Below are positions 10,146 through 20,101 of a stretch of 45,769 bases of DNA, one piece after another. The stretch is from an uncultured Chryseosolibacter sp. Lineage in GTDB: Bacteria; Bacteroidota; Bacteroidia; Cytophagales; Cyclobacteriaceae. The stretch is from positions 1 to 45,769 of the forward strand of contig CBHTUB010000001.1 in NCBI GenBank assembly GCA_966095595.1. The letters run 5' to 3'. The notes under the pieces were generated by a model. It saw only the letters and a program-made list of their open reading frames with translations. It made no database searches and was not told where the DNA came from. Numbering within the stretch: the first letter of the stretch is position 1; every line of letters begins with the position of its first letter. Position numbers and translations under genes: made by a program.

Positions 10146-10502
10146 ATGAGCAAGGGAGTTAAAATAGTAAAATGGACGGTGGTGGGTGTGCTGTTTGTCT
10201 TTCTTTTCGGCTACATCACCATGGTTCTTTGGAATTGGCTGCTTCCGGAAATCTTTGGTATACGGGCTATCAACTTCTGGCAGGCATTGGGACTTCTACT
10301 TTTGGCAAAGATCCTTTTTGGTGGATTTCGGGGAAAGAGTTGGGGCAGCGGCCATGATCGTATCCACTGGAAGCAGCGCTATTACGAAAAAATGTCGCGT
10401 ATGACACCGGAGGAAAAGGACCGTTTCAAGGCCCGCGTGTGGGAAAAGTGGTGTTCGGACAAAAATATCTCTAAAAAGCCGATGGGGGATTCACACGAGT
10501 AA
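10146..10502 (+). CDS. Small membrane protein downstream of ECF sigma factor
   Basis: Two hydrophobic segments (LWNWLLPEIFG...INFWQALGLLLLAKILFGGF) and a basic C-terminus with MTPEEK. Lies 23 nt after the sigma gene. Confidence 0.8.
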   Translation: MSKGVKIVKWTVVGVLFVFLFGYITMVLWNWLLPEIFGIRAINFWQALGLLLLAKILFGGFRGKSWGSGHDRIHWKQRYYEKMSRMTPEEKDRFKARVWEKWCSDKNISKKPMGDSHE

Positions 10503-10583
10503 GTTGTCCTTCGGAAAGAATTTCTCAGAAAAATAATCGATAAAACAGAACCCGGGGGATAATTGTGCGTTAAAGGAAACGTT

Positions 10584-10620
10584 GGAAACTTTTTAAATGC
10601 AAATAGTTTCCGTAGTTTTG
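10584..10620 (+). promoter_or_regulatory. Inverted-repeat operator plus -7 promoter of tetR-efflux operon
   Basis: GGAAACT-N14-AGTTTCC (10584-10611) followed directly by TAGTTTTG (10613-10620). Confidence 0.65.
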
Positions 10621-10626
10621 TCGCCG

Positions 10627-11268
10627 ATGGAAGAGCTAGATATAAAGGAAAAGATAATCAAGGGTGCTGAGGAGCTGTTCATGAAATACGGCGTCCGTAG
10701 CATTTCAATGGACGACATTGCGCGGCACTTGTCAGTTTCAAAGAAAACGCTCTATCAGCATTTTGCTGATAAGGAAGACATCGTGACGATGGCGTGTAAG
10801 TCGCACATGGATCGTAACATAAAAGAGTTCGAAGCGATCCAGAACAATTCGAAGGATGCGATTGAAGAGCTTGCCAACATTTCGACTTGTCTGAAGCGTA
10901 ACATGGAGGATATGAATCCTTCCCTGTTGTTTGATCTGCAGAAATATCATCCGAGGGCATGGGGAGTTTGGGTCAAGCATAAGAACGAGTTTATAAGGTC
11001 TTCGGTGGTGAGAAACATCAGGCAGGGGGTCGAAGAAGGGCACTTCCGGCCGGAGATCAAGGCCGAGATCATTGCAGCGATGCGCCTTGAACTTATTCAG
11101 ATAGGGTTTGACGAAGACGTCTTCCCGCGTGAAAAATTCCGTTTGGCGGAAGTTCAGATGGAGATTTTCGATCACTTCGTTCATGGTCTCGTAACCGAAA
11201 AGGGAAAGAAACTATATCAGAGATACAAACAAAAAGTCAATAACCATCAACCCACAACCATTCTATAA
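10627..11268 (+). CDS. TetR/AcrR family transcriptional regulator
   Basis: N-terminal HTH SMDDIARHLSVSKKTLYQHFADK. Start moved to ATG 10627, downstream of the promoter. Confidence 0.93.
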   Translation: MEELDIKEKIIKGAEELFMKYGVRSISMDDIARHLSVSKKTLYQHFADKEDIVTMACKSHMDRNIKEFEAIQNNSKDAIEELANISTCLKRNMEDMNPSLLFDLQKYHPRAWGVWVKHKNEFIRSSVVRNIRQGVEEGHFRPEIKAEIIAAMRLELIQIGFDEDVFPREKFRLAEVQMEIFDHFVHGLVTEKGKKLYQRYKQKVNNHQPTTIL

Positions 11269-12714
11269 ATGAAACGGATATATCTGATTCTACTCAGCAC
11301 TTTGTTTTTACCGGGGCTCGTCAGGGCGCAGGAGAATCCAACGACAACGCAGGCATTTACGCTCGAGCAGTGTATTACTTATGCGCTCGAGAATTCAACG
11401 ACGATGAAAAACGCAAGCATCGACGAAAAGATCGCACAGGCGAAAGTGAGAGAAACCCGCGGAATTGGGTTGCCTCAAATCGATGCTAGCGTGTCGTTGA
11501 TGCATAACCAAAAGCTCCCAAGGTTTTTTACCCAGTATGTTGAAGGACAAGAGGGCTTTATCGATTTAAGTACAGTTCCCGGAATACAGAACGGCGACGT
11601 AGTGGCATTTCCGAACTTCTTTCAATTGAAGAGCAGCGGCAACGCTCAGGTTAGCGTTCAGCAACTTATTTTCAACGGATCTTATCTCGTTGGACTCCAG
11701 GCGGCAAATGCATATAAGGACCTTTCAGTTAGACAGAGTGTCCAGACGCGTGAGAATACGATTCAAAACGTGACAAAGGCATATTACAACGTTCTTATCA
11801 ATAAGGATCGTGCACAGCTATTCGATGTTAACATTGCTCGTGTGGAAAGCCTTCTCAATACCACCAGGGCATTGCACGAAAATGGATTTGCAGAAAGTAT
11901 CGATGTTGATCGTATTCGCGTCACCTTGAATAATCTTAAAGCTTCAAGGGATAATTTTTACAACCTGCAGCAGCTCGGTTTGGAATTGTTGAAGTTTCAG
12001 ATGAATTACCCCATGGACCAGAATATTGAGGTTTCAGGCGACATTGCTTCGTTGAACATCGATGAAAATGCTCTGGCCGCGTATAGCGCCGATTGGGATT
12101 ATACCGTGAGATCCGATTATCAGGTTCTCGAATCGAGCAGACGCTTACAGCAACTCAATTTGAAGAATAAGTATGCTGAATCATTGCCGAGTTTGGCCGC
12201 CTTCGCAAATCTTGGGTATTCAACTCAATCTCCCAACATAGCGGGTCTTTTCAAAACAGAAAGCGACATCGAAAGCACGTCGCAGTATGGACCGGACAAG
12301 TGGTATTCTTTCTCTTCATTCGGTGTCTCTCTTAACATTCCAATTTTCAGCGGACTGCAAAGAACCTATAAAGTGCAGCAGGCAAAGCTGGAACTAGAGA
12401 AGATCGAGAATGGAAAAAGTAATCTGAAGTCTGCGATCGATCTGGAGGTAAAGCAATCGGCAATTGCCTATCAGAACGCCATCACAAATTGGAAGTCACA
12501 AAAGGAAAACATGGAGCTTGCGGATAATGTGGCTAAAGTCACAAAGATCAAGTACGAACAAGGCGTAGGATCTAATATCGAAGTGATAGACGCTGAGTCA
12601 AGCTTACGCGAAGCTCAGATCAACTATTACAGCGCATTGTACGATGCACTTGTCGCCAAAGTAGATCTTGATAAGGCTTATGGTAAGCTCAATCCGGCAA
12701 ACGAACAAAAATAA
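11269..12714 (+). CDS. TolC family outer-membrane efflux protein
   Basis: Signal peptide, TLEQCITYALEN, LNIPIFSG, KYEQGVGS. Abuts the tetR stop. Confidence 0.92.
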   Translation: MKRIYLILLSTLFLPGLVRAQENPTTTQAFTLEQCITYALENSTTMKNASIDEKIAQAKVRETRGIGLPQIDASVSLMHNQKLPRFFTQYVEGQEGFIDLSTVPGIQNGDVVAFPNFFQLKSSGNAQVSVQQLIFNGSYLVGLQAANAYKDLSVRQSVQTRENTIQNVTKAYYNVLINKDRAQLFDVNIARVESLLNTTRALHENGFAESIDVDRIRVTLNNLKASRDNFYNLQQLGLELLKFQMNYPMDQNIEVSGDIASLNIDENALAAYSADWDYTVRSDYQVLESSRRLQQLNLKNKYAESLPSLAAFANLGYSTQSPNIAGLFKTESDIESTSQYGPDKWYSFSSFGVSLNIPIFSGLQRTYKVQQAKLELEKIENGKSNLKSAIDLEVKQSAIAYQNAITNWKSQKENMELADNVAKVTKIKYEQGVGSNIEVIDAESSLREAQINYYSALYDALVAKVDLDKAYGKLNPANEQK

Positions 12715-12744
12715 AAAACAATCCTACCTAAAATACTTTACACA

Positions 12745-13881
12745 ATGAAAGCAAATATTTATCTCCGGTTATCGATGGTGTTGGTGGTCGCAGTATTGAT
12801 TGCCGGCTGCAGTGCCGCATCCAAGGAAGACGACAAGGCTGCAAGACTGGAAAAATTGAAACAGGAACAGACTGCGCTTGCAAAGGAGATCACGAAGCTA
12901 GAGGAAGAGATCGCGAAAGAAAATCCGGATGCAGCAACTAAAGTGAAGGCAAAGGAAGTTTCCGTTGTAGCCATTCAGCCAACGAAATTCGATCATTTTG
13001 TTCAAACACAGGGAAGGGTAGAATCTGAAAACAACATCGTGGTAAGTGCCAAGTCAATGGGTGTCGTTACGCAGGTATATGTTACGGAGGGCGAACAGGT
13101 TGCAAAAGGCCAGACGCTCGCTCAGATCGACAACTCGGTGATATTGCAGAATATCCAGTCGATGGAAGCTCAGCTCGAGCTCGCGAACTCGGTTTATCAG
13201 AGACAGGAAAATCTCTGGAAGCAAAAAATAGGAACTGAAGTTCAGTATCTCCAGGCAAAGACCAACAAGGAGAGCCTTGAAAAGCAGCTCGCTTCAGTAC
13301 GTGAGCAGAACGACATGTACAAAATAAAAGCTCCTATCTCTGGTACAGTGGATGAGGTTAACGTGAAGGTAGGCGAGAACATTGCCCCTGGCATGCCAGC
13401 CGCCCGTGTAGTAAACATCAACGAACTGAAACTTGTCGCGAGTGTATCTGAGGCATACGTTACGCAGATCAAAAAGGGTAACGAAGTGGTTGTTAGTATT
13501 CCCGAGCTCAAACAGGATCTTCGTGCAAAGGTGACCTTCGTTGGAAAAACGATCGATCCGTTGTCAAGGACCTTCAACGTCGAGGTCCAGCTTCCGACAA
13601 AAGCTGACTTGCGTCCAAACATGAGCGCCACTGTCAAGGTAATTTTCAACACGGTGCAGAGTGCGCTTGTAGTTCCGGTAAACGTGATCCAGCAGATCAA
13701 CAATGAAAAAGTCGTTTATGTTGCCGAGGCGAAAGGGAAAAATACGATTGCAAGACGCAAGGTGATTACCGTTGAAGGCGTCTATGGCAGCAATGCACAG
13801 GTACAGGGTCTCGAGCCCGGCGACAAGCTGATCACGGTAGGATATCAGGGATTGAACGACGGAGATTTCGTTAACATTTAA
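12745..13881 (+). CDS. RND efflux periplasmic adaptor subunit (lipoprotein)
   Basis: Lipobox IAGC, V.EGEQV.KGQ.L, IKAPISG, IDPLSRTF and LRPNM motifs. Confidence 0.93.
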   Translation: MKANIYLRLSMVLVVAVLIAGCSAASKEDDKAARLEKLKQEQTALAKEITKLEEEIAKENPDAATKVKAKEVSVVAIQPTKFDHFVQTQGRVESENNIVVSAKSMGVVTQVYVTEGEQVAKGQTLAQIDNSVILQNIQSMEAQLELANSVYQRQENLWKQKIGTEVQYLQAKTNKESLEKQLASVREQNDMYKIKAPISGTVDEVNVKVGENIAPGMPAARVVNINELKLVASVSEAYVTQIKKGNEVVVSIPELKQDLRAKVTFVGKTIDPLSRTFNVEVQLPTKADLRPNMSATVKVIFNTVQSALVVPVNVIQQINNEKVVYVAEAKGKNTIARRKVITVEGVYGSNAQVQGLEPGDKLITVGYQGLNDGDFVNI

Positions 13882-13906
13882 TTGACACATATCAAGTTAA
13901 AACGAT

Positions 13907-16900
13907 ATGCAAGACATCGAAAAAGAATTTAAGCCTACCAGCTGGGCAATCGATAACAAGGTGGCGATCTACGTTGCCACCGTGCTGATCTGTTTGATGG
14001 GGATTGTTACCTACAACAGACTTCCGAAAGAAAATTTTCCCGAGGTTGTTTTCCCGCAGATCTATGTAGCCACCCCTTATCCGGGTGCAGCACCGAGTGA
14101 CATCGAGAACCTGATCACCAAGCACATCGAGAAACAGGTGAAGTCGATCAGTGGTGTCAAGAAGATCACCAGTAATTCAATTCAGAATTTTTCAAACGTC
14201 ATCATCGAGTTTGAGACCGATGTGGATGTTACGGAGGCAAAGCGGGATGTAAGTGATGCGGTAGACAAGGCAAAGCCGGACCTGCCCGGCAATCTTCCGG
14301 ACGATCCGATCGTGCAGGATATCGACATCTCGGAAGTACCTATCATGTTCGTGAACCTTTCCGGTGACTATGATCTGCAGACGCTGAAACGTTATGCGGA
14401 GATGATGCAGGATCGATTCGAGTCACTCAAGGAGATCCGTCGCGTGGATATTGTCGGCGCGCTGGACCGCGAGATACAGGTCAATGTCGATATGTATAAG
14501 GCAGCGCTTGCAGGAGTTGACCTGGGCGATATATCTCAGGCAATCGGGGGCGAGAACGTGCTGATACCTGGCGGACAGCTGTCGGTTGACGGAATGAAGC
14601 GTTCATTGAGTATCAATGGCGAGTTTGCGAGCGCGGAAGAAATGGCGAACACGGTTGTAGGCTCTATCCGTGGCGGTAAAATTTACCTTAAGGATATTGC
14701 CGAGGTCCGCGATACCAACAAGGAACAGGAGAGCTTTGCACGTCTTGACAAGAAGAATGTCGTTACGCTGAACATTATCAAAAAGAGCGGGGAGAACCTG
14801 ATCCATGCATCCGATCAGATCAACGAGATCATCAAGGAATATGAAAGCGGTGTTCTGCCTGCGGGTCTGCACATTACAGTTACAGGCGACCAATCCGATA
14901 ATACGCGTGTTACGTTGCACGACCTGATCAACACGATCATCATCGGATTCGTACTCGTCACGATCATTCTGATGTTCTTCATGGGTGTGACGAACGCGAT
15001 ATTCGTGGGCTTGTCAGTTCCGATCTCCAGTTTCATAGCATTCCTTGTATTTCCGGCGATCGACTTTACCCTGAACATGATGACATTGTTCTCATTCCTG
15101 CTCGCATTGGGTATCGTGGTGGATGATGCGATCGTGGTAATTGAGAACACGCACAGGGTGTTCGACAATGGCAAGGTGCCGATTCGCAAGGCTGCCAAAA
15201 TTGCCGCGGGAGAAGTCTTCCTTCCTGTATTTACGGGTACGTTGGTTGTTCTCGCTCCGTTTGTGCCCCTCGCATTCTGGCCTGGCGTCATCGGTAAGTT
15301 CATGATGTATCTGCCAATCACGCTGATTGTAGCACTGCTTGCGTCATTGCTCGTTGCATACATCATCAACCCGGTGTTTGCGGCCGATTTCATGAAACCG
15401 CACGAAGAACATCCTCACAATGAATCGAAGATCACGAAGGGATTCAAGGTGACCTCAGTAGCCTTCGGTGCCATTGCGTTATTATTCTATCTCATCAACG
15501 TCGGTCTGGGTAACTTTGCGGTGTTTATTTATCTGTTATACGTATTGCATCACTTTGTTCTGCAGGGTGTCATCAAGACATTCCAGACTTCAACGTGGCC
15601 AAAAGTACAGGATGCCTACAGGAGACTTATCACCTGGTGTCTGACGGGATACAGACCGCTTGGAGTTGTGGGCGGTGTCATAGCGCTGTTCTTTTTCTCA
15701 ATTGTGTTCACCGCGATAAGGAAACCTCCGGTAGTGTTCTTCCCCGGTGGTGACCCGAACTTCATTTACGCATATATCCGCATGCCGATAGGAACAGATC
15801 AACGTGTTACTGACTCAGTCACACGGATCGTTGAAGACAGGGTGATCAACACGGTAGGAAAAGATAATCCGATTGTGGAATCGATCATTTCGAACGTCGC
15901 CATTGGCGCGAGCGATAATCCGTTCGAAGGTGGAAACAATGCAAGTCCACATCTGGGAAAGGTTACTGTCGCATTCGTAAAATTTGCCGAACGCGACGGG
16001 CAATCTACCAGTGACTATATGGATGAGATACGCGATGCAGTCAAGGGCATCAAGGGCGCTGAGATCACTGTCGATAAAGAGCAGGGTGGTCCTCCGACCG
16101 GTAAGCCGATCAACATCGAGGTTGCAGCAGATAACTTTGATGTGCTCGTGAAAACTGCAGATGGTTTGAAACGTTACCTGGTAGCACAGCAGGTACCTGG
16201 TGTTGAAGAATTGAAATCGGATTTCCAGAGTGATAAGCCGGAGATCACGATCAATATCGATCGCGAGAAGGCAAACCGCGAGGGAATTTCGACTGCTCAG
16301 ATCGGTCAGGCGCTCAACACGGCAGTGTATGGTTACGAGGTGTCAAGATTCCGGGATGAGAATGACGATTACCCGATCCAGGTCAGGATCCAGGAAAACC
16401 AGCGTAACGACGTCAATGCATTGATGAACATTCCGATCACCTATCGCGATATGGCGTCAGGAGGTATGGTTCGTCAGATCCCGTTGTCGGCAATTGCCAC
16501 GGTAGATTACTCCAACAGCTATGCAGGTATTACGCGTATCGATCTGAAGCGTGTGATCACGCTTTCGTCGAACGTATTGGGTGGATTCAATGAGAACGAA
16601 GTTGTTGCCGACATCAAGGAAAGAATGAAGTCGTTTCCGATCCCCGACGGCGTTACCGTGGACATGACCGGCGCGCAGCAGGATCAGGAAGAGACGAGCT
16701 CATTCCTCGGGCTTGCGTTCGGACTTGCATTCGCAATGATCTTCATGATCCTCGTTGTTCAGTTCAACTCGGTAAGCAAACCGGTGATCATCCTGTCAGA
16801 GATTCTATTCAGTATCATTGGGGTACTCATAGGATTTTCACTTTTCAAGATGGAAATATCCATCATTATGACGGGTGTCGGTATTATGGCATTGGCCGGT

Positions 16901-17326
16901 TTGGTCGTGCGTAACGGTATCTTGCTGGTCGAATTCACTGAGCTGTTACGTTCGCAGGGAGTGCCTCTTTATCAGGCGATCATCGAAGCCGCTAAAACAC
17001 GTATGACGCCGGTTCTCCTTACTACAATGGCCGCAACTATCGGACTTGTACCGCTCGCCGTGGGATTGAACATCGACTTCGTGAAGTTGTTCACGGAGTT
17101 GAATCCACACATTTACTTCGGAGGAGATAACGTAGCGTTCTGGGGCCCTTTATCATGGACAATGATATTCGGTCTTCTTTTCGGAACGTTCCTTACGCTG
17201 ATTCTAGTGCCCGTGATGTATCTTCTCACAACAAAGCTCAAAGCCAGGTTATTCAGAAGGTCACTGGACGAAGGACGTGCGGACGCCAGTGGCGCAGTTG
17301 GCCACGTGATAATCGATAGAGCATGA
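13907..17326 (+). CDS. RND efflux permease subunit (AcrB/AcrD/AcrF family)
   Basis: 1139 aa with GIVVDDAIVVIEN and TRMTPVLLTT motifs and two large periplasmic loops. Confidence 0.95.
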   Translation: MQDIEKEFKPTSWAIDNKVAIYVATVLICLMGIVTYNRLPKENFPEVVFPQIYVATPYPGAAPSDIENLITKHIEKQVKSISGVKKITSNSIQNFSNVIIEFETDVDVTEAKRDVSDAVDKAKPDLPGNLPDDPIVQDIDISEVPIMFVNLSGDYDLQTLKRYAEMMQDRFESLKEIRRVDIVGALDREIQVNVDMYKAALAGVDLGDISQAIGGENVLIPGGQLSVDGMKRSLSINGEFASAEEMANTVVGSIRGGKIYLKDIAEVRDTNKEQESFARLDKKNVVTLNIIKKSGENLIHASDQINEIIKEYESGVLPAGLHITVTGDQSDNTRVTLHDLINTIIIGFVLVTIILMFFMGVTNAIFVGLSVPISSFIAFLVFPAIDFTLNMMTLFSFLLALGIVVDDAIVVIENTHRVFDNGKVPIRKAAKIAAGEVFLPVFTGTLVVLAPFVPLAFWPGVIGKFMMYLPITLIVALLASLLVAYIINPVFAADFMKPHEEHPHNESKITKGFKVTSVAFGAIALLFYLINVGLGNFAVFIYLLYVLHHFVLQGVIKTFQTSTWPKVQDAYRRLITWCLTGYRPLGVVGGVIALFFFSIVFTAIRKPPVVFFPGGDPNFIYAYIRMPIGTDQRVTDSVTRIVEDRVINTVGKDNPIVESIISNVAIGASDNPFEGGNNASPHLGKVTVAFVKFAERDGQSTSDYMDEIRDAVKGIKGAEITVDKEQGGPPTGKPINIEVAADNFDVLVKTADGLKRYLVAQQVPGVEELKSDFQSDKPEITINIDREKANREGISTAQIGQALNTAVYGYEVSRFRDENDDYPIQVRIQENQRNDVNALMNIPITYRDMASGGMVRQIPLSAIATVDYSNSYAGITRIDLKRVITLSSNVLGGFNENEVVADIKERMKSFPIPDGVTVDMTGAQQDQEETSSFLGLAFGLAFAMIFMILVVQFNSVSKPVIILSEILFSIIGVLIGFSLFKMEISIIMTGVGIMALAGLVVRNGILLVEFTELLRSQGVPLYQAIIEAAKTRMTPVLLTTMAATIGLVPLAVGLNIDFVKLFTELNPHIYFGGDNVAFWGPLSWTMIFGLLFGTFLTLILVPVMYLLTTKLKARLFRRSLDEGRADASGAVGHVIIDRA

Positions 17327-17352
17327 TCATTATTTTGAAATAAATTTATCTT

Positions 17353-17385
17353 AAAGTCGTCTTAGTAATTGAGACGACTTTTTTT
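17353..17385 (+). terminator. Intrinsic terminator after RND operon
   Basis: aaagtcgtctt/gagacgacttt stem running into a T7 tract. Confidence 0.75.
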
Positions 17386-18639
17386 ATGAAATTACGCTTC
17401 ATGGCGCTGATCATATTTCTGCTCATCTTTTTACTGATAGACATCTATTTCTTTCAGGCGGTTATCGCTGTTTCGAAAGGTTGGTCGCCCGGCTGGCAAA
17501 AGGCGGCTCGTTATGGTTTTTGGGTTCCCTCTATTTTATCAGTCGCTGCGCTTTTCTGGTGGACCTTTGCAAATCCATACAGCGTAAATACGACGTTTAG
17601 AAACCTTGTGCTCACCGCCTTATTCGCTATTTATTTTTCGAAGATTTTCGGCATTGTGATCTTGTTCATAGATGATCTTCAGCGTGGCGTCAGGTGGGTA
17701 GCAAACTTTTTCTATCGCGGAACGGAATCCCCATCGTTACCGGGCAATACCATTACAAGGTCCGAGTTCCTGACGAAAGCGGCCGTTGCAGCGTCCGGTA
17801 TCCCGTTTGGCTTGATGGCTTATGGTGTAATTTCCGGTGCGCACGATTACCGAGTAAAACGCATAACGATCAAGTTGCCGAATTTACCGAAGTCTTTCGA
17901 TGGTATCCGTATCGGACAAGTGTCGGATATCCACAGTGGAAGTTTTTTCAACAAAACAGCTGTAAAGGGTGGTGTTGAAATGATGGTGAAGGAAAAGCCC
18001 GACGTGATTTTCTTTACGGGAGATCTGGTGAATAACGAATCGTCGGAAGTTCGGGATTATATCAACATCTTCGACAAGTTTAAAGCGCCGCTTGGCGTCT
18101 ATTCAATTACCGGAAACCATGACTACGGTGATTATCGCGCATGGGATACCAACGAGGCAAAGAGACGTAATTTCAATGATCTTATCACTGCTCACAAGCA
18201 AATGGGTTTCGATATTCTCCTGAATGAGAACCGATCGCTGACACAAGGCACTGATCGTATTGCGATCATCGGGATCGAGAATTGGGGCACGCGTCGTTTC
18301 AGTAAGTACGGGAAACTTGACGAGGCTTACCGGGGAGCAGAAGAAGCCGATGTAAAGCTTTTGCTTTCTCACGATCCGAGTCACTGGGACGCACAGGTAA
18401 GACCGAATTATTCCGATATCGATGTTGCCTTTGCCGGCCATACGCATGGATTTCAGTTCGGTGTAGAGATCGGGAATGTGAAATGGAGCCCTTCTCAATA
18501 TGTTTACAAGCAGTGGGCCGGATTGTATCAGGAAGGATCGCAATATCTTTACGTCAACCGTGGCTTTGGATATCTCGGTTACCCGGGCAGGATCGGGATG
18601 CCACCCGAGCTTACCATTATCGAATTGAAACGCGCCTGA
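17386..18639 (+). CDS. Membrane-anchored metallophosphoesterase (YkuE-like)
   Basis: SDIH, TGDLVN, GNHDY, LSHDP and AGHTHG motifs with N-terminal TM helices. Alternative start ATG 17401. Confidence 0.92.
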   Translation: MKLRFMALIIFLLIFLLIDIYFFQAVIAVSKGWSPGWQKAARYGFWVPSILSVAALFWWTFANPYSVNTTFRNLVLTALFAIYFSKIFGIVILFIDDLQRGVRWVANFFYRGTESPSLPGNTITRSEFLTKAAVAASGIPFGLMAYGVISGAHDYRVKRITIKLPNLPKSFDGIRIGQVSDIHSGSFFNKTAVKGGVEMMVKEKPDVIFFTGDLVNNESSEVRDYINIFDKFKAPLGVYSITGNHDYGDYRAWDTNEAKRRNFNDLITAHKQMGFDILLNENRSLTQGTDRIAIIGIENWGTRRFSKYGKLDEAYRGAEEADVKLLLSHDPSHWDAQVRPNYSDIDVAFAGHTHGFQFGVEIGNVKWSPSQYVYKQWAGLYQEGSQYLYVNRGFGYLGYPGRIGMPPELTIIELKRA

Positions 18640-18643
18640 TCCC

Positions 18644-19174
18644 TTACGCTTTAGTTTCAACCTGTTTTATGAGGTTCCTGATCACCTGATCGATCGCTTC
18701 AAGGGTACGTTGATCGATATCATGAGCCGCCTTTATTTTGCTTCGGCTTCCCGAGATCAGGAGCTTGGCTTCATCGTTGATGGTGTATTGAAGAAGCGTG
18801 CTCATAATGATGTCCAATGATTCCAGGGTTTTTTCTCCGAGTGCCGACGCAACGATCAGCGCAAACGGTTTATGGGAAAATACCGTGGTCGACACTGTCC
18901 ACTCGATAGCATTCTTCAAAATTCCAGGAGGACTGAAGACATATTCAGGCGTGCAGATCAGAATACAGTCAGCATTGCTGATCTGTTTGCGAAATTCAAC
19001 AACGAACGGGTCTGTCGTGTCCTGATTGTCCGGATTGAAGAATGGAAGCCTGGTTAGGTCTTCGTAGATGACAAGATTGAATTCTTCCCGATATCTGGAC
19101 TTTATCGCATTCAGGATAATTTCGTTTGTCGAGTTTTTTCTTGCGCTGCCCGAGATACCCAGTATTCGTTTCAT
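18644..19174 (-). CDS. NAD(P)H-dependent FMN reductase family protein
   Basis: ISGSARKNSTN and TPEY...PGILKNAIEW motifs. Confidence 0.9.
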   Translation of the reverse strand: MKRILGISGSARKNSTNEIILNAIKSRYREEFNLVIYEDLTRLPFFNPDNQDTTDPFVVEFRKQISNADCILICTPEYVFSPPGILKNAIEWTVSTTVFSHKPFALIVASALGEKTLESLDIIMSTLLQYTINDEAKLLISGSRSKIKAAHDIDQRTLEAIDQVIRNLIKQVETKA

Positions 19175-19182
19175 TCAGGATT

Positions 19183-20082
19183 CTATTTGCTTTTCTCAAC
19201 GGCGTGCCCGCCAAATTCGTTTCTCAATGCGGCAACGATCTTTCCGGAGAAAGTATCTTCATTGAGCGAGCGGTATCGCATCAACAACGACAATGCAATC
19301 ACGGGAGTCGCCACTTGTTGCTCCAGTGCGGTTTCCAAAGTCCATTTTCCCTCACCGGAGGAGTGCATTACACCTTTGATCGATTCCAGCTTTGGATCTT
19401 TGCGCAATGCATTCTGCGTGAGCTCCATAAGCCAGCTGCGTACTACCGATCCGTGGTTGAAAACATGGGCGACACGTTCGAGGTTCAGATTGAACTCACT
19501 CCGCTGCATCACTTCAAATCCTTCTGCGATGGATTGCATCATTCCGTATTCAATTCCATTGTGTACCATTTTCACAAAATGACCCGATCCGGAGGGGCCG
19601 CAATAAAGACAACCTTCGGGCAACGAAATGCTTTTGAACAGACTTTCGCAATGACCAAATACTTTTGGATCACCACCTATCATTGAACAAACTCCATTGA
19701 GGGCTCCCTCCATGCCACCACTTGTACCACAATCGAGGTATCCGATATCTGAAGTCGCAAGCTCGTGCGCTCTTCGCACGGAGTCTTTGTAAAATGAGTT
19801 TCCTCCATCAATGACGATATCACCTTTATTCAGGAGTTGCTTCAATTGGCCAATGGCATCGTCGACAGGTTTACCTGACGGGATCATGAGCCAGATCACT
19901 TTTCGATCTTTGAGTCTCGCAACAAGGTTTTCGATAGATGCCGCAACAGAAACGCCTTGTGATGCAATACGATCGGCCAGATCTTTGTTCAGGTCGTATG
20001 CCACAACATCATGTTTGTTACGCTTCATGTTGAGCGCCAGGTTGAATCCCATTTTTCCGAGTCCGATTAATCCGACTTGCAT
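19183..20082 (-). CDS. gnd: 6-phosphogluconate dehydrogenase, decarboxylating (short YqeC type)
   Basis: GLGKMG, IDGGNS, GHFVKMVHNGIEYG, SGEGKWT and LRNEFGGH motifs. Confidence 0.94.
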   Translation of the reverse strand: MQVGLIGLGKMGFNLALNMKRNKHDVVAYDLNKDLADRIASQGVSVAASIENLVARLKDRKVIWLMIPSGKPVDDAIGQLKQLLNKGDIVIDGGNSFYKDSVRRAHELATSDIGYLDCGTSGGMEGALNGVCSMIGGDPKVFGHCESLFKSISLPEGCLYCGPSGSGHFVKMVHNGIEYGMMQSIAEGFEVMQRSEFNLNLERVAHVFNHGSVVRSWLMELTQNALRKDPKLESIKGVMHSSGEGKWTLETALEQQVATPVIALSLLMRYRSLNEDTFSGKIVAALRNEFGGHAVEKSK

Positions 20083-20101
20083 AGTTTCGGTGTTTATTTC
20101 T

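Noticed and set aside
16898-16921. RND TM10 Arg in place of the AcrB Lys (GLVVRNG)
   Set aside because: Conservative change. The TM4 Asp pair is intact.
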